DNA of 64,000 nt from Candidatus Jorgensenbacteria bacterium (GTDB lineage: Bacteria; Patescibacteriota; Minisyncoccia; UBA6257; GWB1-50-10), in assembly GCA_030648515.1 (NCBI GenBank), contig JAUSHK010000001.1:9688-73687 (forward strand). Direction: 5' to 3'. The translations under genes were made by a program, and so were the position numbers. This document shows, piece after piece, positions 1-9,429 of the stretch (position 1 is its first letter; each line of letters starts with the position of its first letter). The notes beneath the pieces were generated by a model. It was given only the letters and a program-made list of their open reading frames with translations, ran no database searches and was not told where the DNA came from.

Positions 1-341
1 TGAAATATAATCGAAATTCTTCGGAAATTTCAAGGTAAGACTCCTGTTTTCCAGTGAAGGTTCTCCAATATACTAAGGGCTCTATTCCTTCTTCAGAAAA
101 ACGATAATATTCGGTTATTGGTTTTTTCCTAGCATGATGTGTGCAGAATCCAGGACGCCCTCCATCTATTCGTAGATCCCACCCGTGGTTTTCGAGCACA
201 TCCTTGACTTTGTCATTTGCGATTAATGCGGAAAAGTAAGTACCTCTATCAATGTCTGCAGGTGAATCCAAGAATTCAAAAACAGAAACCCATTCTGTTT
301 TCCCCAATTTATCTTCAATATTCCTTCTCAAATCAACAAAT
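1..341 (-). CDS. Hypothetical protein, 3'-partial (runs off window start); last gene of the HTH operon
   Basis: Own translation of the minus strand from the ATG at 339-341: MDTKDLTFVDLRRNIEDKLGKTEWVSVFEFLDSPADIDRGTYFSALIANDKVKDVLENHGWDLRIDGGRPGFCTHHARKK... It stays open to position 1. It is absent from the ORF track only because no stop falls inside the window. Confidence 0.5.
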
Positions 342-387
342 GTCAGGTCTTTTGTATCCATATGTATCCATAGGTTTTTTGGGAGAA

Positions 388-570
388 TCAAAAATGTAGA
401 CGAGTATCATTATTGGTACTACTTTGATCCTTTTTACTAATTTCGATAAGTAACTTGAAAAAATCAACAAGATTCTGAGCTATCTCGTGGGCCTTTTGTG
501 GAGCAAGCGCAGTGTTATATTCATCCAACATGACCTCTCGGAACTCTTGGATTAGTTCCTTGCTGATCAT
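388..570 (-). CDS. Small helical protein (60 aa), translationally coupled to the upstream HTH gene
   Basis: Its ATG (568-570) overlaps the TAA of the HTH ORF as ATGA. No recognisable domain. Confidence 0.5.
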   Translation of the reverse strand: MISKELIQEFREVMLDEYNTALAPQKAHEIAQNLVDFFKLLIEISKKDQSSTNNDTRLHF

Positions 571-875
571 TAAGCAGACGATATGTCTTGTGGGTCGGTT
601 TGTAAAGCATCAAGCTCCTGGGGTGTGTGGCGCTCTCTCTGCGCACGGAGAGACGCTATAAGGTCAGTAAAAAGGGCTTCTACGGGTACTTCATACAGAA
701 GGGAGAGGCGGATAACACTCACGATATTCGGGAGCGACGTTCCGTTTTCCCAGCGGGAGAGGAGAGCGGTGTCTTTGAGACCCAATTTGGCTGTGACTTC
801 CTTTTGGGAGAGGCCATTCTGCAGCCGGCAGAGCTTCAAGGCATTCGGAATGCTTTTGTATGTTTGGTAGTTCAT
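570..875 (-). CDS. XRE-family helix-turn-helix transcriptional regulator
   Basis: HTH_XRE core LKLCRLQNGLSQKEVTAKLGLKDTALLSRWENGTSLP. The track ORF starts at 1007, but its first 44 codons overlap a terminator hairpin and look non-protein-like. The start at M45 (873-875) is preferred; the start remains uncertain. Confidence 0.7.
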   Translation of the reverse strand: MNYQTYKSIPNALKLCRLQNGLSQKEVTAKLGLKDTALLSRWENGTSLPNIVSVIRLSLLYEVPVEALFTDLIASLRAQRERHTPQELDALQTDPQDISSA

Positions 876-978
876 GGAATCAGGATAGCGTGAGCGGGAG
901 GGAGGGCGTAAGACGGGAACTATTGCCGTTTTTGGCAACCAAAGTTCGGGTCCTATCCCCTTGTAGGCACAGGACAAA

Positions 979-1004
979 CAAAAAAGCCTCATTTTATTGA
1001 GGCT
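979..1004 (-). terminator. Rho-independent terminator after the AbiEii-like gene
   Basis: Minus strand reads GAGCCTCAATAAAATGAGGCTTTTTT. Confidence 0.45.
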
Positions 1005-1496
1005 CATTTGACTATCTAGTCAGCTGGCTAGATGGGATGAGTTTCGAATGACGAACTGGGCAAGTTGCTTTGATGAGCCGGAGAAAAGTTTAGAGGTAAT
1101 GCGGGGTTTGCTCGGTTCATGAGTTTAGGGTAGCAGGAGGAAAATACAGAAGAAAGTATGGGGTTTGTGTTAGAAATGACAAGTCACATTTCAATAGGCT
1201 CATCACTGTAAGCTAAACTTTGAGGACAATAGTGCTACGTCTTTCCCATTATTTCTTTTCTCCAAAGAACATAAAATCTTCTTCTCCGTCTCTGGCGTCC
1301 AATATATTTTCAACTTTTCTCTCGCTCTCGGGATAAGAGATTCTGTGATAACAAGCCTCTTTCTGAATCGTCAAATTTGCGAATATTGGCGCAAATTACT
1401 TCATCAATATCCAGTATCTTACTGTCAATTATGTTCATACATATTTGATTCCTATTCAAAATTGAGAACTATCTTAATCTGCTATGAGATATTATT

Positions 1497-2927
1497 TCAA
1501 TATTTTGTATCCACATAGTATCCGTGCCTGCCTCCGCAAGGATAGCCGTTTTTGTCCTTGTGTTTTCTTATGCTGTTGTTTTGCTTGCTTTTTGTAAATT
1601 TTTTTCCGCAATAACTGCATTGATAAATATATTTCGGCCCAAACGTTGAACGTCTTGGTTTTCTTGTTCCGCGTCGACGCGGGGCAGCAGTTGGCCTATT
1701 TGGGTCAAACAAATATGGATTTTCTGGCTTTTCGCCGGCTTTAGATAGTTCTATCGGAAATTGTGGCGTAAACTTTTCGTCCGTGTTTTGTATTGACTCG
1801 ATTTTCGCTGCCACAAAACATCTGATGCCAGGTCGGTTTTCCCCGCCACTTCTGTTAAATACATAGAAATATTCTTGCTCCGCGCCATCTTTCCTTTGTA
1901 AATATTTTAATGAATACGGCTCGACTATTCTGTCCGAACCTTTGTAGCGGACTTTTAAAAGAGTTTGTTCTCGTCCTGCTTTCATTATTGGCTCTCTCAA
2001 TTCGGGGCTAAAATAGGCAAATTGCGCAAAGCCGTTATCAGGATAAAAGCCGAACAGCACCTCTAAATCAGCAATAAATAAATTTATCGCTTCATCCACA
2101 CCAAACAAAAATTGTTTTGTGCATATAACAGTTTTGGACCAGAACTCCTTAAAATAATCAAACGGCATTTTGCTTAGAATATTTTTCAAAATATGCGGAT
2201 TTCTTCCAAAAATGGTTTTTTTCACAAAAGTTCTGACAACCTCTTCCTTGTTCAATTCACCTCCCAAAAGTTTTATTGAATACGCATAATCAAACAAATC
2301 GGGGGCATGCTGTCTCTGTAAAAGACACTTCAATTTCGTGGCAATAATTTCTTCAAGTTTCATGCATCGAATTTTGCAGGCAACTTTGTCCGCATCCGAA
2401 TATGGATGGATTAGGTCAACAGTTTGAACTGGTAAAAGGACTTTATCAAAACGGGTAATATCCATTGAAATTTTGATTTTAATATGCTCCGAATTTCCAT
2501 AAAAATCTTTAAAATAAATTCGTGCTTCATAAACGCGCAACCCAGGTATTGGAGCTTCGGTAGCCGAAAACTTTTCTTCAATTTTATTTTGTTCTTTTAT
2601 AAAGGAAACGCCAGCTTTTTCCTGAATAAAATCGCATACTTTATTTATTTCATCAAGCAAGACAACTTGGGTTATATCGCCAGGGATTCCAAAATCCAAA
2701 TCGGACGAAAAACGAGTGTTTTTGAAGTATCCCTTGCGCAAAGCATTCCCGCCCTTCAAAAATATGGTGTTTTTTAGACTGCTGGTTGTAAAAATCCCAA
2801 AAATCAACCATCCAAAAACATAATCCCGCTCAACATTTGCTTCGTGGATTTCGAATTCTTTTGCCTTAGTTTTAATTTCATTCTTGGAAATCATGACAGA
2901 ACCTGGTATTTTCCATATTTGAATCAA
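1497..2927 (-). CDS. AbiEii/DUF1814-type nucleotidyltransferase fused to a WYL-like domain and a C-terminal zinc ribbon
   Basis: N-terminal LKGGNALRKGYFKNTRFSSDLDFG matches the AbiEii NTase signature (hLKGGtAL...RfSeDiDf). Around residues 310-390, RIVEPYSLKY...EYFYVF...IRCFVAAKIESIQ fits the WYL-domain pattern. After a basic linker (RRRGTRKPRRS) the C-terminus reads YQCSYCGKKF...H...PCGGRH. Confidence 0.7.
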   Translation of the reverse strand: MIQIWKIPGSVMISKNEIKTKAKEFEIHEANVERDYVFGWLIFGIFTTSSLKNTIFLKGGNALRKGYFKNTRFSSDLDFGIPGDITQVVLLDEINKVCDFIQEKAGVSFIKEQNKIEEKFSATEAPIPGLRVYEARIYFKDFYGNSEHIKIKISMDITRFDKVLLPVQTVDLIHPYSDADKVACKIRCMKLEEIIATKLKCLLQRQHAPDLFDYAYSIKLLGGELNKEEVVRTFVKKTIFGRNPHILKNILSKMPFDYFKEFWSKTVICTKQFLFGVDEAINLFIADLEVLFGFYPDNGFAQFAYFSPELREPIMKAGREQTLLKVRYKGSDRIVEPYSLKYLQRKDGAEQEYFYVFNRSGGENRPGIRCFVAAKIESIQNTDEKFTPQFPIELSKAGEKPENPYLFDPNRPTAAPRRRGTRKPRRSTFGPKYIYQCSYCGKKFTKSKQNNSIRKHKDKNGYPCGGRHGYYVDTKY

Positions 2928-3007
2928 ATACTTTTTTACTACAAAAATTACTAATCAGAGCTAAAAAAGCAATCACAAAATATGGCAGCTGATGTATGAA
3001 TCTAAAT

Positions 3008-3808
3008 TTACATAATAACTGAGGATAATTCCTTTCCTCGTTGGATCAATCTTTTTACGTCTTCCTCTTGAATATTCTCTTTTGGATGGGCGCAGTAATT
3101 TCCAATTTTAAATAGGCTCTCTAATTCAGATTTCTGGATTGCATTTATGACTGTTTCCTGCTCCAATGTATTAAGAATATCACTTACGCCAGGCTTCTTT
3201 TTTGACGGAGGATTGACCCCAATCGTTAAGGAGCGACTATTCACTACGGTTAACAAATGTCTTTCAAGCGCAACACGGGCAATTACCCCGCTTGCTCTAA
3301 TAGCAACTTCAATGAGTGGATAAGATTTCAATATTTCTTCGGCACTGGTGAATTCATCACAAGCAACGTTGAAACTAAGTTGAGTAACAACTTCAAGCTC
3401 TCTTGAACAAACTTCCTCCGCTAAACTTAAAAGTAATGAGCGAGCTCTCTGAAAGTATTCGGAAAAAAGGCCAAAACATTCTTCTCCTTGCACAAACGGT
3501 GGCCACGTAATTTTCTTCCCATAGCAATTAGTTCCAATATTAATATATTGTTGAATATCTGTAAATGATCTCCGACCTTGTTTATCATTTTTGGAACTAT
3601 CATAACAACCATCGAATTCTTCGACGCCGGAAAAGTGCTGTTGGACCAATAATTCTCTTACTCCGCGATACCATCTCTGTCCCTTAACAGATAAATCTGG
3701 CTGAACAATCTCGCCCTTACTTAATCTTTTGGCCAAGCTAAAGACCTCATTTGCTAATTCCTCTAATTCTTGAGCTCTTTTTGTTAATTTTATCAACTTT
3801 GATTTCAT
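3008..3808 (-). CDS. DUF4145-domain protein, co-operonic partner of the AbiEii-like gene
   Basis: C-terminal ~95 aa (AIRASGVIARVALERHLL...SDILNTLEQETVINAIQKSELESLFKIGNYCAHPKENIQEEDVKRLIQRGKELSSVI) follows the DUF4145 pattern R..LE..L...L...I..L...I...L..iGN..AH...i..ed. It lies 80 nt upstream of the AbiEii-like gene on the same strand. The N-terminal half is unrecognised. Confidence 0.55.
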   Translation of the reverse strand: MKSKLIKLTKRAQELEELANEVFSLAKRLSKGEIVQPDLSVKGQRWYRGVRELLVQQHFSGVEEFDGCYDSSKNDKQGRRSFTDIQQYINIGTNCYGKKITWPPFVQGEECFGLFSEYFQRARSLLLSLAEEVCSRELEVVTQLSFNVACDEFTSAEEILKSYPLIEVAIRASGVIARVALERHLLTVVNSRSLTIGVNPPSKKKPGVSDILNTLEQETVINAIQKSELESLFKIGNYCAHPKENIQEEDVKRLIQRGKELSSVIM

Positions 3809-4004
3809 ATAGCCTCGATGACTGATTTTTGCATATTCTTAAATCTTCAAGATTACCTTGATTTTGAGAAAATGTCTCAGACTACTAATGAGTTATAATT
3901 ATGAGGATGCCAAACGCGCAGTGGAGTTCTCATCCACAATTCGTTTGTAAGCATTTAAAACAATATCCATAACCATTCTGTTGGCCAGATGCAGTCTTAA
4001 TATA

Positions 4005-4038
4005 TTGAGGAATTATATTCTTTCTAATTTATTCCTCA
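4005..4038 (-). terminator. Hairpin terminator overlapping the stop of the PHP-ATPase gene
   Basis: TGAGGAAT...ATTCCTCA inverted repeat followed by a T-run on the minus strand. Confidence 0.45.
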
Positions 4039-6920
4039 GGAAAACTGTACTTTTGTTCGCGCTTCTGAAATGCTTCCTTACCACCCTCTAAAATCTCACA
4101 CACATGTTGCCGAATGCCCTTTCGGAACAAAATTGCCGGCTGCTGTGTTGCGCTCAGTTCAAAGGCGTTTTCGAGAGCACCCGAAACGTACTCGAAGTGA
4201 TACTTTTTGTTATCTCTGCCGACCTCTTGCCCAGACTGATTTGCAACGACAGACTCTTCTCCGTCTGCTCCGACAACAAGGTTAGGGTTATGTGTTACAA
4301 TAATAATTTGTCGCTTGAGCTTCTTCTTCTTTAAGAATTCTACTAGATCATCGTAAACAGAACGGTTGTCGAGATCGTCCTCGGGTTGGTCAAGTAGAAT
4401 CGGCCATTCTTCGTTGCTCAAGTTAATGAGTAATTGCAAAAGAACAAGCCCCTTCTTGCCGGGCGACATTTTATCGAGAGAGTCATTTTTGTAAAAAATC
4501 CGGAAATCAAGGTAAAAATAATCATCGAGCAACTTTGTCACAGCATCCTTTGCTTGGCGATTTTTCACTGTGTTAATGGTACCGTCAATCAGTCCATCAA
4601 ACATAGCAGTGATATTTGTTAAATGTTTTGTTGGATCATATCGATATACAAATTCTTCGCCCCATTCCGCCTCAGCGATAACTCGTTTAAGGTCGCGCTT
4701 ACTGAGAAATTCCTTGATTACATTTGAATTAAATGAGTCGTCATTAAAGCCGACATGCACGCCCAAGGTAATATCACCGAACCTGCTTTCAAATGTTTTA
4801 AACTCATTCCGTATTCCTTCATATTTGGCGATGATCTGCTTATAGGAGTCAATTATTGCTTTGGCTTTCTTCTCATGGGAAGTCTTTTTTGCTTTGAGAT
4901 TGTTTCTCTTAATAGCGATCTCATTCAGCTTCTGCTGTTCTTTATTGATGGCGTCGGATTTCTGCCGCAATTCTGATTGCAATTGAACTTTTGCAAGCAA
5001 CGGACCAAGTTCTGCGTTGATTCTTGTTAATTCGAAATTGTGTGTTGTGATTTTTGCATCAACTGCATTAAGCAAATTGGAAATAGCTGATTCCACTGTT
5101 GGCGCAAAGGAATCCAAAGCTTTTAGCTCCGCCTTGAATTTTGCCTTTATGTCTGTGTCATTGAGATAGGTTTCGTATTCACTGGTAATGGACTGTATTC
5201 CGGTGACTTGTTCAAGTATAATTGAGCGCAAATTCCTGACCATCTTTTTATCTTCTTCAAGATGAGAAACTTGAGCATTTATAGTTTTTTCTTTGTCTAC
5301 CAATTCTCCATACTGTATGATCTGTGCATCAGAAAGTCCGGATTTTAATTTTATCTCATCTGCCTGTTTCTGTAGTGTTTGAATGTAATTTTCAATACCT
5401 TTCTCGTCGCCAGTCTGTTTTAGTTCTTCTTCTATCTTTTTAATATCATCCTGATCAGAGAATAGCTCATTAATCGCGGTAGGAATGGACTTCGCCGTTG
5501 TCTTGATTTCTCGAACCGTTTCCTGATATTTCTCGTTAATAGTTAGATCTTGCAGAATTACACTTAAAACGAATTCGTTAAGGGCCTCACGGCTGCGAAT
5601 ATTGGATTCCGATAGTGTATTAAGATACCGTTGAGGAATATAAAGTATTTTCCGTTCTTTTGATTCGCCTTCTGCGGAATCCGTTGGTGCATTCAATAAC
5701 GTGCGTTGACCATCCAGCCAGGTAACTTCAAAATTAAAACCCGGTGAATTGTCGAAGTCGTATTGTACCGGAATTCCGCTGTCCACCATCCGATTTTTTA
5801 CTTCCTGTTTATCAATGGTTTTTGCTATATAGTAAAGCAAAAGCGACTTGCCAGTTGATTTACCACCGATGATGGTCGTGAGATTTTGATTAATTTCAAT
5901 CGGATCACTACCGAATTTTATATCACTACTATTATCTAAAAAACGCACTTTATCAATAATGAAATATGACTTCTTTTCCTCAGGTCTCTGCAACCCAACA
6001 AAAATGCGTTGTTCCGGCTCATAGATGATCTGTTTTAGGCCCTCAAAAGTGGGGTCTGCTTTAATCCACAAATAATTGCCATCCTGATCGCTTCTACCAT
6101 AATCATGCAACGACCTTGCATCAGAACTGATATGGCAACAAAATTTTGCAACCAATGACGTGTTGCTTTTTATGTATTCAGAAATCACTATTGATGATCT
6201 GTGATGTTGAGACTGAAGAAGGTTTATCTTTTGATGATTAAAAATATCAGCCAAGTGAGTTCTATCCATACTCGTTCTTGCCTGAAATAATCCGTTAGTG
6301 CTGTTGCAGTGAGGGTAAATTACTATGCCATTGTTTCTTTTTGCCTCATCGAGAATATCCTTGATGTCTGCGGAAGTGGTGGTAAGCACTCCATTGGTAT
6401 TTGTACGGTTATTAATATTAAATTTCACTAAAAACGCATGGATTCCATCAGAAAAAGTTGATTTTTGATAAAGCTTGTCCGGGAAGAACAAGAGCATGTG
6501 AATCCCTTGGCAGTTTATCTCAACACCGGGGATTACTTTGCATTGCGTCCTTTTGGAGTACTCGATAAAGGTATCAAGCAATTGCTCATCAAAATAGTTG
6601 TGATCCGTGATACCGATGCATTCAAGCCTTGGGTGAAAGACATCCAAATATGCAAAAAGGTTGCGAACGTAATTCTGACAGCGCTCGTTTTTCGCAAGAT
6701 TGGCATCGTTGAAGTACGTTTTTGAATCGTACAAAATGGCATTTGTTTCGCCACCAACTTTGCCAATGAATTGCTGCCATCCAGCGAGATTCACCTCCTT
6801 AATACTTTTGTAGTATTGGTCAAGCGACACATAATCATCGTCCAAGATTGTTTGCACATGCAAGTCCCACTGTCGCCAAACTGATCCTTTTGGATATGGA
6901 AAATTATTCATAAGATTCAA
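4029..6920 (-). CDS. PHP-domain phosphoesterase fused to an SMC/Rad50-like ABC ATPase (PplA/TrlF-like)
   Basis: N-terminal PHP motifs DLHVQT, GITDHN, IPGVEI, HMLLFFP. Then Walker A GGKSTGKS, a coiled coil of several hundred residues, a signature-like SPGKKG, Walker B ILLDQPEDDLD and an H-loop VTHNP. It sits 79 nt downstream of hsdMS on the same strand. Confidence 0.7.
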   Translation of the reverse strand: MNLMNNFPYPKGSVWRQWDLHVQTILDDDYVSLDQYYKSIKEVNLAGWQQFIGKVGGETNAILYDSKTYFNDANLAKNERCQNYVRNLFAYLDVFHPRLECIGITDHNYFDEQLLDTFIEYSKRTQCKVIPGVEINCQGIHMLLFFPDKLYQKSTFSDGIHAFLVKFNINNRTNTNGVLTTTSADIKDILDEAKRNNGIVIYPHCNSTNGLFQARTSMDRTHLADIFNHQKINLLQSQHHRSSIVISEYIKSNTSLVAKFCCHISSDARSLHDYGRSDQDGNYLWIKADPTFEGLKQIIYEPEQRIFVGLQRPEEKKSYFIIDKVRFLDNSSDIKFGSDPIEINQNLTTIIGGKSTGKSLLLYYIAKTIDKQEVKNRMVDSGIPVQYDFDNSPGFNFEVTWLDGQRTLLNAPTDSAEGESKERKILYIPQRYLNTLSESNIRSREALNEFVLSVILQDLTINEKYQETVREIKTTAKSIPTAINELFSDQDDIKKIEEELKQTGDEKGIENYIQTLQKQADEIKLKSGLSDAQIIQYGELVDKEKTINAQVSHLEEDKKMVRNLRSIILEQVTGIQSITSEYETYLNDTDIKAKFKAELKALDSFAPTVESAISNLLNAVDAKITTHNFELTRINAELGPLLAKVQLQSELRQKSDAINKEQQKLNEIAIKRNNLKAKKTSHEKKAKAIIDSYKQIIAKYEGIRNEFKTFESRFGDITLGVHVGFNDDSFNSNVIKEFLSKRDLKRVIAEAEWGEEFVYRYDPTKHLTNITAMFDGLIDGTINTVKNRQAKDAVTKLLDDYFYLDFRIFYKNDSLDKMSPGKKGLVLLQLLINLSNEEWPILLDQPEDDLDNRSVYDDLVEFLKKKKLKRQIIIVTHNPNLVVGADGEESVVANQSGQEVGRDNKKYHFEYVSGALENAFELSATQQPAILFRKGIRQHVCEILEGGKEAFQKREQKYSFPEE

Positions 6921-6999
6921 TTTGTTATCTGCCTAAAAAGTGGTTTTATCAAAAAGTTGTACTTTTTATTTCTTTGATTATCTTGATGAGCCTATTTCC

Positions 7000-9429
7000 T
7001 CATTCGCCCCAAACTTCTGCGATTTTTGATTTAATCTTTTGCTCAGATAATTCAATGATTCTACGATTACCGTCAACGAAATCTTGCTCTTTTTCAATCT
7101 CAGTCAGAATTCTTAATTGTTCGTCAACTGTTGGTTTCGGGATATTAATGTTGATGCAATCATCAATACTAAAAGAAACATTTGATGTGCCATACATGAG
7201 ATTAGTGAAAAGATTGTCTTTTTCTTGAGAAAATAAATAGTAGAAGAATTTAGGAATTACTTGTTTATTTTTTGGCAACATTGCCATCAATATGTTACCA
7301 ACAGCAAACTTCCCCTCTACATAATAGATTCTCTTGAGAGTTGCTTTTCCGTGCCCAGCCGATGAAATCAACGGAATGATAATTGCCTTTTCATCAAACT
7401 GATAAGAATCTGAAGTAGAATAAGATTCTCCAGTGGTAACCAGAGGATATTTACCGGGTTTTGTTTTCTCTATCGGAGTTAGTCCCTTCTCCAATTGGAA
7501 ATAATTTCCCAGCTTCACTTTTTGCCACGTAGGATCAATTTTTATGTAGGGACAGTATTCGGTCAAAACACGCTTTGCGCTTCTAATTAAGTGATAATCA
7601 TGTTTGAAACTCACTTGAACAGACTGCGGAGGTATCGGAATTTCTAGTTTAATTAAATCATTGAAATTTAATGTTTGTCTAACAGCTCCTGCCGCTAACA
7701 AATTGATTTGTTCAAGCCCTTTTCTGCTTTTTAGCAAGTAATAAAGATACTCTGGTACCAATTGGGAGCCATCTTTTATTTTAAAGACCGTGTACATGGG
7801 GCTTACTAAGCCCCGCATCCCATTAGAGTTGATTGCTATGGATCCAACATTTATACGGGCGGGGTTGTAGACAAAATTATTTACATCAACCACCTTATAG
7901 TTATCAAGATTTCTTGAGCTAACTGTTTCATTAAAATAGTCGTCTGAGTTAATTAGTCCCTGCTCATTAGAAACTGAGAAAACAATAGGACTCTCCAGAT
8001 TGTTTTTCTTTTTTACTTCTTCAAGATGTTCAGCAAGAGGTTCCAGTGGAAAGGCAAGATCGCGAGATACGCCAATTTTATATTTATTACCTCTTAAAAT
8101 ATAATCCCCATCGCTTTTAATATCTTCTTTCGTTACACCGAAGACGGAAGCATGATGTGAAAACCAACTTTTAATTTTGGTTGGACTATTTTCTGTTACT
8201 TCCTTATAGGAACATATAGTTTCCAGGACTTTTGGAATGTCGTTTTTCTCTATAACTCTTTTTCTATTCCCACCCTCAAATCCATCAAAGCTTATGTCTG
8301 CAAATAAAATCCAAGGGGATAATTTTGCCAGCTGCTTATCAAAAAAAAGTATGCTTGTTTTAACGTCGGCGTATGGCTTAAAAACTCCAGGATGTAAAGA
8401 TACTACAGCATAAACTATGTCATCTTTAATAAGCATTTTCCTAAGGGCAATATATGCAGCGGAATTCTTATTTGATACTACTCCGTCTGGTACAATTACA
8501 GCACCCTTACCCTTTGAATTAAGATGTTCAGTAATATAATCAACAAATAGTATTTCTGAACGATTTGCCCGTACCATGAAGCGTTTATGCGGACGGATGC
8601 CGCCCTTTGGTGTCATGAATGGAGGATTTGCCATAATGACATCAAAACGCTCATTCCATTTTTCTTCGCTTGTGAGTGTGTCGTATTCGTGAATATTAGG
8701 GCTTGGGAAGCCGTGTAGGTACATATTAACGCGGGACAGCTTTACCATATCCGGCGAAATATCATAACCTGTCAAATTGGTCATCAAGCGCTTTTTCTCG
8801 TCAGGAGAAAGAGGCCGGTCTTTGGTTGCCTTCAAAATATGCTTGTAGGCAGAGACTAAGAATCCGGCCGTGCCGCATGCGGGGTCAAGGATGGTCTCAC
8901 CTTTTTTCGGTTCAACTACCTCAACAATGAAATCAATAATGTGCCGCGGCGTACGGAATTGTCCAGCGTCGCCCTGCGATCCAAGAACCGAAAGCAGATA
9001 TTCAAAAGCGTCTCCTAAATTTTCGCTATGATCATAAGTAAACCCATTGATCTCTTTCAGAAATAGGTTGAGCGTTTCCGGGTCACGGAATGGGAGGAAG
9101 GCATCTTTGAAAATGTCTCTGAAAAGTTGTTGTAGGTGCGGATTTTGAGACATCTTGGTGATTGCCTCACTATAGAGATTGAGCCTATCATGTCCGCCTA
9201 GTTTTGGATCCATTAATTTGTTCCAGGCATATTTCTCATAACCATTCGTAAAAAATTGTGCCTTGCCTCTGGGCAACGACATGGATTCCTTATCCATATC
9301 ATCCATGAATTTGTAAATCAGCGCAGTAGTTATTTGCTCAACCTGTGCCTTTGGATCGGGAATTTTACCAACAAGAATATCCCGCGCTGAATCAATCTTC
9401 TTTTTTATCTCTTGGGTCAACATGGTCAC
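7000..9429 (-). CDS. hsdM: Type I R-M fused HsdM-HsdS subunit (N6-adenine methyltransferase plus two target-recognition domains)
   Basis: The methyltransferase half has GTAGFL (SAM binding) and NPPF. The C-terminal ~400 aa carries two HsdS-like TRDs, each ending in a conserved spacer (LEIPIPPQ...; NINIPKPTVDEQLRIL). Its ATG overlaps the hsdR stop (ATGA). Confidence 0.8.
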   Translation of the reverse strand: MTMLTQEIKKKIDSARDILVGKIPDPKAQVEQITTALIYKFMDDMDKESMSLPRGKAQFFTNGYEKYAWNKLMDPKLGGHDRLNLYSEAITKMSQNPHLQQLFRDIFKDAFLPFRDPETLNLFLKEINGFTYDHSENLGDAFEYLLSVLGSQGDAGQFRTPRHIIDFIVEVVEPKKGETILDPACGTAGFLVSAYKHILKATKDRPLSPDEKKRLMTNLTGYDISPDMVKLSRVNMYLHGFPSPNIHEYDTLTSEEKWNERFDVIMANPPFMTPKGGIRPHKRFMVRANRSEILFVDYITEHLNSKGKGAVIVPDGVVSNKNSAAYIALRKMLIKDDIVYAVVSLHPGVFKPYADVKTSILFFDKQLAKLSPWILFADISFDGFEGGNRKRVIEKNDIPKVLETICSYKEVTENSPTKIKSWFSHHASVFGVTKEDIKSDGDYILRGNKYKIGVSRDLAFPLEPLAEHLEEVKKKNNLESPIVFSVSNEQGLINSDDYFNETVSSRNLDNYKVVDVNNFVYNPARINVGSIAINSNGMRGLVSPMYTVFKIKDGSQLVPEYLYYLLKSRKGLEQINLLAAGAVRQTLNFNDLIKLEIPIPPQSVQVSFKHDYHLIRSAKRVLTEYCPYIKIDPTWQKVKLGNYFQLEKGLTPIEKTKPGKYPLVTTGESYSTSDSYQFDEKAIIIPLISSAGHGKATLKRIYYVEGKFAVGNILMAMLPKNKQVIPKFFYYLFSQEKDNLFTNLMYGTSNVSFSIDDCININIPKPTVDEQLRILTEIEKEQDFVDGNRRIIELSEQKIKSKIAEVWGE

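Noticed and set aside
876-1007. Long N-terminal extension of the XRE-HTH ORF (MSLNKMRLFCLSCAYKGIGPELWLPKTAIVPVLRPPSRSRYPDS)
   Set aside because: It overlaps the terminator hairpin of the upstream gene and is compositionally odd. A start at M45 gives a typical ~100-aa XRE protein. This remains uncertain.
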